Positions 12,102 to 23,384 of a DNA stretch of 64,000 nucleotides are shown here, piece by piece; position 1 is the stretch's first letter, and each line of letters starts with the position of its first letter. Below the pieces are notes generated by a model. The model worked only from the letters and a program-made list of their open reading frames with translations. It searched no databases and was not told the DNA's origin. The stretch comes from Octopus sinensis. Lineage: Eukaryota. The position numbers were made by a program, and so were the translations under genes. The stretch spans positions 108,934,001-108,998,000 of the forward strand of contig NC_043000.1 in assembly GCF_006345805.1 (NCBI RefSeq), given 5' to 3'.

Positions 12102-12105
<4 letters not shown>
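11905..12105 (+). mobile_element. About 200-bp PLE-type element with a hammerhead motif (core 11971-11997)
   Basis: CCGACGA-A-GAGC-TCC-GCTC-GAAACGTT; (TA)n on both sides; homologous to 2625-2830. Confidence 0.65.
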
Positions 12106-12154
<49 letters not shown>

Positions 12155-12434
12155 TCATACATATCCAAATATACATGCTCATGCGTATATTAATAAGCAC
12201 CAGCACGCAAATATACAAATTCACGCGTATACACATGTATACGTACATGTGATATATACATATATATGTGCGTGTCTATGCATATAATCTATACACGTAT
12301 GTGTGTTTGTGTGTGTATGTGTTTGTGTATATGTTGCTATATGTATACACAATACAAGTAAGTGAAGATTGAAAATAAGTAGGTTTGCACTCAAAAAATG
12401 AGAGCCAGATAAACATTAGAGTTATTTGCATAAA

Positions 12435-12505
<71 letters not shown>

Positions 12506-12848
12506 GTTGCTAAAGTTTATATAAACCCTTCTCGGCTAACAGATATCAACAGAAGGAGGTCGGTATGTGCTTCGTTCTCTATTAGTGCACACTCGCTTAA
12601 ATAACTGCAGATATAGAAAGTTGGTTAGAGGCGCACACGGGTTGGTGTGTGTCGAAGACAGGGTGTGGTTGGCATTTTAGTGGTGGTGGCGGTCGTGGTG
12701 GTATGCTTACGGTTGTACTGTTGTTGGTTGTGGTGGTGTTGGTCGTGTTGGTGCAGAGGGTGTCTGGTGAAGATGGTGGTGGTGGTGGTGTTCTCGATGG
12801 GTAGTATGTTGATGTCGTGGTGTAGGTAGTGGTAGCAAGGTATAGTGA

Positions 12849-12879
<31 letters not shown>

Positions 12880-13084
12880 GGTGGTGGTGGTGGTGGTGGC
12901 CGTGAGTTTATGGTTTGGCAATGATCTGATGGCGAGGAGGTGATGGCGGACTGGAATGTTGGTGTTGTGATGTATTTAGTGGTACAATAGGATTGTGGCG
13001 GTGTGGGAGAGTTAAGGTCAGTGTTTGTATTTGTGCTGTGGGAAGAGGCAGTAGATTAGTGAAACAGGTCGTCTTGGTGGTCAT

Positions 13085-13600
13085 CGTTGGTCAATTAAGG
13101 TCGGTGACTGTAAAGTTGTTGCAGGTGGACGGAGAGAAGAAGTGGTCAGTGAATAGAGAACAGTGATCGGTGAACGTAGAATAATGGTTGGTGAAAGCAG
13201 AGTATTGATCGGTGAACGTTGCGTAGATATCAGTAAACGCGGAATAAAGATCGGTGAATATGAGTGGTGATCGATGAACTCAGAGTAGTGGCCGGTGCAC
13301 GTAGAGGAGTGATCGATGAACGTATAGTAGAGATCAATTAGTAATCGTTGAACTTCAAACTTCGCTGTTCCAACAGTGATCGGTGAAGCTAAATTAGCGA
13401 TCGTGGAATGTAGCGTAGTAATCAGTGATCGTAAAATTGTGATCGATGAACTTAGATTAGTGATCGGTGAGCGTAAATGCGAGTAATAACCGTTGGACAC
13501 AAGGTAAGTGTCAGTGAACATGCATAGTGATTGGTGAACGTATAATCGTGACCAGTGAACGTAGAGATTGATGGATATGAATAATTGTCGGTGAATGCAA
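13085..13600. repeat. Degenerate minisatellite with a unit of about 21 bp
   Basis: Recurring GTGATCGGTGAACGTAGA-like units at roughly 21-bp spacing. The minus strand gives the LRSPIT heptads in ORF 13081-13734. Confidence 0.8.
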
Positions 13601-14029
13601 AGTAGATGAGCTAAATTTTGGGAAAATTGTGAGCTCAATGGTAGGATGGATTTAATAGTTTCGGAGATAGTTTTTAGAGATAATGAGGGTAGAGTGTGAT
13701 TTGAGGAAGATTTGGCTGTCATTTCATGGACCAATCATATCTAGGATTACATAATCCCATGTGTTCACCCTATTCGAAGATGGGTATGATATCTAGATTT
13801 CATTATTTCTAACAGGTAGAATATTTACGTGGAGGTACCATCGTCCACGAAACCTTAGTGGTGGTGGTGGTGCTGAATATCGTGGGGGATGTATGTGTGT
13901 GTGTTTGTATGTGTGTGTGTTTGTATGTGTGGTGTTGGTGGAGGTTGTCCGCTGACTCTGCTGACGCTAGGAATTGTGTTTTGCATGTGCTCGCGTTTTT
14001 GAGACACTGGTTTTGCAGTATGTACATTT

Positions 14030-14340
14030 TAAATATGAATTAGTTTATATATCAACCTTGTAAAGCCAAGTATATAATGTCAAATACAAATTATAAGATA
14101 TAAAATTATACTTCAGAATAAAAATGTCTATGTTTAAATATAACAAGAAAAATTTGAATACCTATCTTCCTTTTTTGCTGGTTCTATGATTAGTTATCAA
14201 TCGCCATTTTGATAACTATTTGAATTTTTCTTGTTATATTTCACATTTAAACACAGACATTTTTATTCTGAAGTATAATTTGTATTTGACATTATATACT
14301 TGACTTTACAAGGTTGATATATAAACTAATTCATATTTAT
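14030..14340. repeat. About 310-bp AT-rich fold-back palindrome
   Basis: TAAATATGAATTAGTTTATATATCAACCTTGTAAAG... at the left end is the reverse complement of ...CTTTACAAGGTTGATATATAAACTAATTCATATTTA at the right end; the arms are about 125 bp with small indels. Confidence 0.9.
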
Positions 14341-14520
14341 AATGTATAATTTATAAATTTTAATTCTTGATATTACAAAGTATGATTTTAATTTTTTATT
14401 TTAATCTTTAATGCTTAATTTTATTGCTTATTTTCTAAAGTGATGAAAAATTAGATTTATAATATTTTGAAAAAGAACTTAAAGATGTGTTGGAATAATT
14501 ATAAATATGATGATTGCATA

Positions 14521-14562
<42 letters not shown>

Positions 14563-14995
14563 TGTGTATGTATATATATTGTAATCTTACAATACTGAAA
14601 GTAGGAGATAATTAAGGAAGTACAGTATATACCCTGCAGGTATGATAGTTATGTCCGTTAAGTATTATTTCGTGATGTGCAAATGGATACCACGAGTTTA
14701 CTTTCAGATATACTCATTAGGTTATTTTTTTTCGTATTATCTGAAATAAAATACCCGCATATACATTAATTCCCCGCCAAAATTGAATTACTGTTGACTA
14801 TTAGATACTTTGTTTATTTATAGATAAATATATAAATATATGATAAACAAGACCCCGAGGTACGATACGCAGATGCATGTAATGCTGAAGGGTTGTACTT
14901 GATTGGTTTGGAAATTAATTTTCCCTAATTATATATATATATATTATATATTATATATATATATATAATATATATATATCTATATATACATACAT

Positions 14996-15048
<53 letters not shown>

Positions 15049-15128
15049 CGTACATATATATTATATATATACATACGTATATATATATATACATAAGGCC
15101 CAAAGGGTACGGACGTCGCTATATATAT

Positions 15129-16038
15129 TATATGTAGAAAAATACAAACTGGGACAAGAACGTAAAACATTTAGAAGACGATACAAAAAACACGAAGCCT
15201 TCAATCTTCAGTCAAGAACCGGATCGTCCTAGCAATTTCGGCTGATTAATCTTGAGATCGCTCCGATCCAGCCAGCCCCAAGGAATAACTAAGCTACGAA
15301 CATTAGATTTCTTGGAAAAAGGATCGAATGTATACGAAACAGGGACAAAAAAACGGACGATGCCACACGAATATAAAATACAAAAAACAATAATAGTAAA
15401 AACAGGACAAAAACAGCGGGTATCTTACGACTAATAGACAGTACAACTTAGTTTAGCTGGCGTATTTTGGAAAAAAATGCCTTTTTCGGCAGACGAAGAC
15501 AACAATGTTCTCAGGGCGCTGGTTAGAAGCTGAAAGGCTGGTTGACCAACGGTCACGTGAGAGGAGAAGAGAGAGAAAAAAAGGGGCAAAGGAATCAAAG
15601 AGAGAGAGAAAAAGAGGGACGAAGGCACCAAAGGGGGGAGAAGAGAGAGAAAGAAGGAATTAAAGAGGGAAGAAGAAAGAGAGCGTGCCAAGGATTGGCT
15701 TGGCGACAGAATCAGTGAGTGCAAAGTGAGAAAGACAGAGAAATGTGAGAGAGTGGGGGAAGAGTAGACCAAAGAGTCAGAGGCAAGAAAAGAGCGTCTG
15801 TTTTTCTGTCCCTGTTTCGTATACATTCGATCCTTTTTCCAAGAAATCTAATGCTCGTAGCTTAGTTATTCCTTGGGGTTGGCCGGATCGGGGCGATCTC
15901 AAGATTAATCAGCCGAAATTGCTAGGTTGATCCGGTTCTTGACTGAAGATTGAAGGTTTCGAATGTTCCGTCCGTGTTTTTTGTATCGTCTTCTAAATAT
16001 TTTACGTTCTTGTCCCAGTTTGTATTTTTCTACATATA
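15129..16038. mobile_element. About 910-bp element with inverted arms of about 235 bp (PLE inverted-pLTR-like or MITE)
   Basis: About 15129-15360 and 15795-16038 are reverse complements with high identity. A related arm occurs at about 63745-63950. The element is flanked by TA/CATA tracts. Confidence 0.7.
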
Positions 16039-16075
16039 ATGCATACATACATACATACATACATACATACATACA

Positions 16076-16107
<32 letters not shown>

Positions 16108-16108
16108 A

Positions 16109-16152
<44 letters not shown>

Positions 16153-16154
16153 GT

Positions 16155-16285
16155 TCTTTTCTACTCTAGATCAACCCCAGTACGCAACTGGTACTTAATT
16201 CATCGATCCCGAAAGGATGAAAGACAAAGTCGACCTCAGCGGAATTTGAACTCAGAACATAAAGACAGACGAAATACCGCTAAAT
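16155..16285 (-). mobile_element. Family A SINE fragment
   Basis: CAGTACGCAACTGGTACTTAATTCATCGATCCCGAAAGGATGAAAGACAAAGTCGACCTC... Confidence 0.85.
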
Positions 16286-17113
16286 ATATATACCAGGGTG
16301 TGCCTGTGTATACACAATACTATTTCCTATGTACATATGAGTAAAATAAACACACGTGCTTGTGCTTACACATATGTGTTTTGTATATTTAGGCAGACAG
16401 TGTATGTGTATATATGTACATATATACACACATGCATATATGTATATGTATGCATACACACACACGTCTATTTTTGCTAGCGCCCAGTATACAATTAAGT
16501 TAACATGGAGCAGGCGTCCCTGGAGATTAAGCCCCAGTCACCATTATTTTTATGTACATATAGAAGCGTGTGTCTACGTCTGCGCGTGATGTTTGTAACA
16601 GTTTCTATTTTACACATAACATTTCCACCACACGCGCGCGCGCACACGCAAACTCATGCGCACGCAAACTCATGCACACGCACACACAGATGTACACACC
16701 CACGTGCAAACACGTTCGTATATTTCAGGAAGCAGAAGACGCAGCCATTTTGTTAAGGATGTTTTTATTGTGTATCATTTGAGATTGCTATTACAAGAGA
16801 TCTTCTAGCAGAATTATCAGTGATTCCGTGATAATCTTTGCTCATTGTCTCAGTCTGTGGTAGGCAACAGTTATTCTACTAATTCAGAGGAATGTATAAG
16901 GTAGATAGCTACGGAATACATGCGTACACACACACACATGTACATTTATATATATATATATATGTATATATACAATCCAAATAAGAACACGAGGAACATG
17001 CTTAGCACTAGTTACAATCGTTTCAGTAGCCCTCCGTTCTTAACGCCGTTGGACGCAAATGATTTCATGTTAAAAAGTTACGCAATATTTCCGGTTGATT
17101 ATATTGGAAGGTA

Positions 17114-17150
<37 letters not shown>

Positions 17151-17155
<5 letters not shown>

Positions 17156-17989
17156 TTTGATCACCTTGACCGACCAGTCCGTTAGGCGTCCATTTGACAC
17201 CGCTGGTCACTGCACGCTGTCCACTCCTCTCTGGATCGCGCCTTTCTCATCCACGTGATCCCAATCGTCCTCCTGAAATCGTAACTCCACCGTCGTGGAG
17301 GTCTTCCGGGTGGTCTTTTCCGCTCGCGCGGGTACCACTCGACAACTGCGTGTGTCCACCGATTATCGGTGAGCCGGGTGACGTGTCCAGCCCATCTATA
17401 CTTGCTGCATGTCTCGAACAGATCATCAGAGGCATCGACTGGCAAGGTGGTGTCAACATCAATGGCGAGCTCCTCACCCACCTCCGTTTCGCTGACGACA
17501 TCGTACTCATCGCTGAAAACACGGATCAGCTTCAGACCATGCTGACGGAGCTCGACATCAAAAGCTCTGCAGTAGGTCTCAAGATGAACCGCATGAAAAC
17601 AAAGTTCATGCGGTCAGACAACGTACCAACAGGTCGAATGGTCTACCTGGGACAGGAAGTAAATATGTGCCGAGATATCGAAAAGGGGATCTCACGGAGA
17701 GTAAGGGCCGGATGGAAGGCGTTCAATGGCATAAGGGATGTGCTCAAGGGAAGGTTGGACAGGACCACCCGCGCCAACCTCATTAACAGTGCAGTTCTGC
17801 CTGCAATGTTATATGGTAGTGGAACATGGGCTACCACAAAGAGAGGAGAGCAAAGACTGGTAACGGCTCAAAGAGCCATGGAAAGGTCAATGCTTGGTAT
17901 CTCATTGAGAGAGCACATAAGTGGCGAGATCATCAGAAAGAAGTCCGGCGTGAGAGTTGTCATCGCAGAGTATACACGCAGCAAGTATA
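17151..17989 (-). mobile_element. RTE-clade LINE with a 5' inversion, in (TA)n
   Basis: The minus strand at 17151-17406 encodes the RTE C-terminus (KYRWAGHVTRLTDNRW..YPRERKRPPGRPPRRW..EW) plus an AAGGTGATCAAAGTGAT tail. The plus strand at 17402-17989 encodes the RT core (LRFADDIVLIA, GLKMN..KTKFM, YLGQ, RAGWKAF, LPAMLYG..TW, AQRAMERSMLG). Confidence 0.93.
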
Positions 17990-17994
17990 TATAT

Positions 17995-18044
<50 letters not shown>

Positions 18045-18047
18045 ATA

Positions 18048-18082
<35 letters not shown>

Positions 18083-18088
18083 TATATA

Positions 18089-19363
18089 CGAGGGGCATTC
18101 AATAAGTAATGCCCCTGACCCACTTCCCATAGGAGTAGAGCAACGAAACTTGGCACAGTTATTAGTCTTTTTCTACATAGGAACCACCCAGAGTTACGCA
18201 TTTCTCCCATTGTTTGATGCAGCTCTGAAGACCGTTTTTGTAGAAGATCCCAGCTTGGTCCTCCAACCTGAACGTGACTTCAGAAATCAAGGCTGCATCA
18301 TCTGGGAAACGCTTTCCTTTCAAAAACAACTTCATGACTGGGAAGAGGTGAAAATCAGAGGGTGCAAGGTCAGGAAAGTAGGGGGATGGGGGTGGAGTTC
18401 ATAGCCATACGCCTGTGCTTCTGATCTGGCGACAAGCGAGTTGTGGACCGGAGCGTTGTCCTGCAGGAAGAGGATGCCTTTGCTGATCTTGCCTCGCCTC
18501 TTGATTTTGATAACTTCTCTTAATTTCCTCAAAAGTGAAGCATAATAGGCTCCTGCAATTGTGGTACCCTTTGCCAGGAAATCTGTCATCACTACTCCGT
18601 CCTGGTCCCAGAAGACTGTGAGCATGACCAGAGGAGGGCTGCACCCTTGCCTTCTTTGGAGTCACGGTGTTTCCACTGCATTGACTGGGCTTTGGTCTCT
18701 GGATCATAGTGATGGACCCAGGTTTCATCCTGTGTAATCAGTCTTTTGAAAAATTTTGACTCATCTTCTTGGCACATCTCCAAATTCAACCTCGAGCACT
18801 CAACGCGTTCTTGCTTCTGGAAAGGCGTGAGCAACCTGGGAATCCATCTGGCAGACACCTTTTGCATATGCAAATGGTCATGAATGATAGTTTCCACAGA
18901 CCCGGTACTAATCTTGACCTCATGGGCTATTTGGCGAATAATTATGCGTCGGTCTTCCAAAATGGCAGCCTCAACTTGACGGACAGATGCCTCATCAATG
19001 GCAGAAGGGGCGACCAGATCTGGGAGCCGTTTCCACAGAGTTCCGACCATGTTTGAATTCACGATGCCAGCGTTTTACAAGGTCATATGATGGGGCATCA
19101 TCACCATAAGTTACTTTCATTTCATCAAAAGTCTCCCGTGGTGTGCGTCCTTTCAAATACAAAAACCGGATCACTGCTCGACACTCAACAGGCTCCATTT
19201 CACACTTGACTCGGTTCAAACACCTGTAAATCAGAAACCACAATTAATTCAGAACTGTAATTTGCCACTTACTCTATAGAGATATAAATGATTGCACATG
19301 CAATTTCAGCTAGATCAAACAACTGCAAGTGGGTCAGAGGCATTACTTATTGAACGTCCCTCG
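18089..19363 (-). mobile_element. Full-length mariner (DD34D) transposon, 1275 bp
   Basis: 37-bp TIRs (CGAGGGGCATTCAATAAGTAATGCCCCTGACCCACTT, 34/37 match) with TA on both sides. Confidence 0.96.
18162..19198 (-). pseudogene. Frameshifted mariner transposase
   Basis: MEPVECRAVIRFLYLKG..WHREFKHG..RSGRP, SARWIPRLLT, ITQDETWVHHY, FLQDNAPVH, PHPP..PDLAPSDFHLF and QWEKCVTLGGSYVEKD* are split over at least four frames. Confidence 0.93.
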
Positions 19364-19369
19364 TATATA

Positions 19370-19555
19370 TCAGTCGCCATCGTTAGCCACTACACACATT
19401 TTTTTCTCTCCTTGTGTCCCTTTCTGTGTCCCTTTCTGTAGAAGAGCGTAGGCTCGAAACGTATAAGACTTTTTCTATTCCTGGGCGTTATACTAATACA
19501 TCTGTTTGTTTTCTACACCACTCGTCTTCGTCTTTTGTTTTTTCGTAAACTCTCC
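19370..19555 (+). mobile_element. PLE-type short element with a hammerhead-like motif (19436-19463)
   Basis: CTGTAGA-A-GAGC-GTAG-GCTC-GAAACGTA; downstream CCTG(A/G)GCGT..ATACT..TTGTT is shared with the 2625 and 11905 copies; ends in (TA)n. Confidence 0.6.
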
Positions 19556-19582
19556 CTATATATATATAATATATATATATAT

Positions 19583-19639
<57 letters not shown>

Positions 19640-19839
19640 ATATGTTTATACACACACACAATATATATATATATAACCACGACATACCTAACAACCACCA
19701 ATCTTACAAACGGAAGCAGGAAATATCCTAAATAACAACAACAACAAGAAGTAAAGGCAGGACCAGCCTAATCTTACCACCTATCGGCCTACATTATTTT
19801 TCTGAAAAAAATTTCACACATCTAATTATGAGGGTTAAT

Positions 19840-20140
19840 TACTGGGCCTCGAACTTCTAACTTTTATATCGTCAAATCAAAAGGATTAAGTCCAATAATA
19901 CCAAAACCGACATATACATACATCTCTCTCATCATTTTCGAATTAAATAAAAGACATTCTACATCTCTATCGAACCTCGTCTGGAGACTAAAACAGAATG
20001 GAGTGGAACATTCGATCCACTGGTCCATTATAAAAAGGGCTGTACTATATAACGGAACATTACGGGTATGCAACCTACGCCCTAGAAGAAACCCTGGAAA
20101 TAATAACATCCAGGGAAGACGTGATAGATAGGCACTCTGA
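19840..20140 (+). mobile_element. Penelope-like GIY-YIG endonuclease C-terminal relic
   Basis: Translates as TSLSNLVWRLKQNGVEHSIHWSIIKRAVLYNGTLRVCNL/LEETLEII, resembling the PLE LS.YIW.LK..I.W.I..Y..CNLCL.EK motif. Confidence 0.6.
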
Positions 20141-20849
20141 GCTGATCATATCATGTAAACATGGGAATACGATGGAAGTAACCCGAACAAATTAACAAAC
20201 CAACCAATATTTGAGATGCAATGCACTATACCAACAAAAACAATGAAAAGGTCACCACAAGAAAGTAGCATTTATCAATTCAGTCAACAAACTCCACAGC
20301 ATAGCAGAAGTACTCGACCACCTGTTGAGTTCTGAATTAATTGAAGATGAGTCGTACCTTAAATGAAACCAAACAAAAGAATGAACCACCCATTCTTAAT
20401 ATCAGCTGAATGAATAGCAAAATAAATCCACCACCACCACCACCACCACACACACACACCAGAATCCCAATATAACTACTATTCCTTCCTCTATTCCCAT
20501 CACCTTCTCCTCTTCTCCACCAAATACACACAGAAATGCCCACATAACTTGTTTGATTTTCGTACTGGTAAAAAGAGAAAAACATTTTTCCGTGGCTCAT
20601 CCACTAATGTTTTATCGCCTGATGAAATGAATCAATGATGATGATCAACTCGATACCAACGGATACTACGGACTGCACTGTAATCATCCTAGGAATACAG
20701 ACTGTGATCTTAAAAATCATATGATATATGGAGACGCGCGTAGCGATGCATTAAATGTTTATAAATTCCATCCTAGGATTATTGTTATTATTATATTTGT
20801 AGCGTTGGTGGAATTCATCCGCGCTCTCTGAGATATGCAGTACAAATAA

Positions 20850-22023
20850 TGTCGTAGCAGATGACAGTTAACTTTTGGCCGCTATTTGGACCCTGTTGTG
20901 TCCACTGCTCTGATTGGTTGGCATTGACGCAGTTTGTTTCTTGACTTATTTCGCGTCAATGTGTGAACCAACCAATCAGAACCTTCCAATAAGATCATGT
21001 GACACAGTCTTTTGGGTTTTCTTCTGGAGCCTCTAGAATGTTATAAAAAACACAGCGATCCAGTGAATCGAGGTCTTTGGGCTCTGACCATTGACCATGT
21101 AGCAGCCGCGACAGACCAGACCAGCCCAGCCAGTTCCAGCGACCCAGCCATGTTCCCGCGACGACACCATCATACGGCAACTCAGGACTTTTCTCTACCG
21201 TCGCCCTTCTCTGCCGTCGCTTTCACCATCGTCGACTTCCCTTTGAAGCCGTCATCACCACCGACGCCTTAGCTTATCGTCGCCCTTCAACTTCACGTCG
21301 TCTCCACCAACGCCGATACGTACACAACAACTCGCTCAGGTTTAGCTTACACGCTGTTTGTGTATATTCACCAAGGTTAACAGTCCAGCACTACCTGCGA
21401 GATCTGTACCAATGTAACCTGGCAAATGGATCGAAGCCCCAACTTCTACACGCGTAGTAACTGCTATCCTCTTTGCCTCAACTTCATTGACACAGAACGA
21501 ACTGCTATTGTGTACCTGTACGAACTGGTATTTATCTTTATCTTATGTCTGGACATTTCTATTTGTTCTCTATTTGTTCTTTATGTTCACTCTTATAACA
21601 CACACGAACACACAGACACAAACACTTGTTGCACGCACTGTTGTTGCACTTACAACGGACACGCTTGTCGCACGCACTCAGACATTACACTCTGCTAGCG
21701 CTCACACACGCTCTTATCACTATCTGTAAATAAAAGTCTATCTTTCTCTCAAGTAGTAGAACGATTGTGTTTTTTCTCTTTGTTCTTTATATCATGTATT
21801 TGGCAATCTTCTTTTGTAAGGGTGACCGTGCGGCGTTTAAAAGGAGACATTTCTGTCACCAACCCCTTTACGTACGGTCGTTCATTAGATATGTATTCTA
21901 CATTATATAGGTATGATTTAATGGAACCCCGAATAATTGGCCCACTAGTCAAGATCATTAGACGTTTGCCGGTATAATGAAATAGAAGCTTTGTTTGCAT
22001 ATTTAAAACGTTACCCGTAAACA
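20850..22023 (+). mobile_element. Putative solo LTR-like sequence
   Basis: Begins TGTC and could end ...GTAAACA; CCAAT-like motifs at about 20915-20985, a GC-richer R-like middle and AATAAA at about 21729. No clear TSD or PBS. Confidence 0.3.
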
Positions 22024-22542
22024 AATTTAAATGGTGTGTGTGTGAAAAAACAAAATGGTGACACCGGAAAAATAAAGGTTATGTCATGATCTTCATTGGT
22101 TTACAGCATCTTATAGCAGAAACAGTTGTAAGCTAATGAAGCTCGTTACATCACCTCTATTGTTTTTCCAGTGTCACCACTTTTACACACACACACACAC
22201 ACGTATATATGTTCGAACATATATTTGCTTGACACCAAATTCTGTTTTACTTCCTATATTAGTGTCTAGACTTTGTTTCACGTCCTCTCTACGGTAGGCA
22301 ACAGTTGTCTCCCTGGAATACTGAACCTCAGAGAGTAAATGAGAGAATCACATGGGAGGAGATATATATATATATATAGTAAAAGTGAGAGGATGAGAGA
22401 GAGAGAGTGCTGACGTTGATTTGTTTACCTTGTTATAGCTTTTTTTTTCCATGGCAGCTTTTTTTAAAACCCTCACTGGATTTCGATGTTTTGAAGTTCA
22501 GGAAACAGTACCCAGATCGTTATTTTATTCTCTCTCTCTCAA

Positions 22543-22761
22543 AGGCGGCGAGCTGGCAGAATCGCTAGCACGCCGGGCAAAATACTTTGCGGTATTTCGT
22601 CTGCCGCTACGTACTGAGTTCAAATTCCGTCGAGGTCGACTTAGCCTTTCATCCTTTCGGGGTCGATGAAATAAGTACCAGTTACGCACTGGGGGTCGAT
22701 GTGATCGACTAGTCCGTTCTCCCATATTCCAGGCCTTGTGCCTATTGTAGAAAGGATTATT
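22543..22761 (+). mobile_element. Family A SINE, near full length
   Basis: GGCGGCGAGCTGGCAGAATCGCTAGC..GAGTTCAAATTCC..GTCGACTTAGCCTTTCATCCTTTCGGGGTCGATGAAATAAGTACCAG..GCCTTGTGCCTATTGTAGAAAGGATTATT. Confidence 0.9.
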
Positions 22762-22870
22762 TTATTCCCTCTATTCTCTAAGTATGTTTATATATTTGTA
22801 TGGGCCAACATAGTAGCCTTTATATGTTATCCAAACCAGTTAGAAATAGCAACCAAATATTTTTTACCTA

Positions 22871-22962
22871 CGAGGGGGTGTATGAAAAGTTTTGTACCTT
22901 CATCAGAAGTCTTTTACCATGTTTTGTGTTTTTGAGACTCAAGACTTTTCATACACCCCTCG
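22871..22962. mobile_element. 92-bp mariner-derived MITE
   Basis: TA|CGAGGGGGTGTATGAAAAGT...ACTTTTCATACACCCCTCG|TA. Confidence 0.85.
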
Positions 22963-23384
22963 TATGTATGAGCTTAAGCGGGAATCTAGATACTTCATGA
23001 AGACCAGATCGATATAGCAGCCACTTCTCCCTTATAGCAAAATATTTTCATGCATGTAAATCTGTATGACTCAACCAGGGAGGCCATTACGTTACAAAGA
23101 GTCTTGATAGAAATAGGATTAAGATCTTCGCAAACAACACTCTACTGTTTAATGCACGATGTACAGAATGAGTCAATGAGAGAGCTGCTACGCAGCTCCT
23201 GTTTCATGTATGTATATATGTATGTACTTTTACATGCATGTACAAATGTAAGTTCGAACGTATGTATGCATGTATGTATGTTATTCAGTTTTATTTCAAG
23301 ATTTCTTGCCAATAGAAAAAGAGCCTGCTCCTAACCTAGTTCCAAAGCCCCTCGTTTGAATTTCAGGATACTTTCGTATGTATG

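Noticed and set aside
17194-18006. 270-aa ORF as an intact reverse transcriptase gene
   Set aside because: It is an artefact of the inversion: the N-terminal part is antisense RTE 3' sequence, RT domains 0-4 are missing and there is a deletion before YLGQ.
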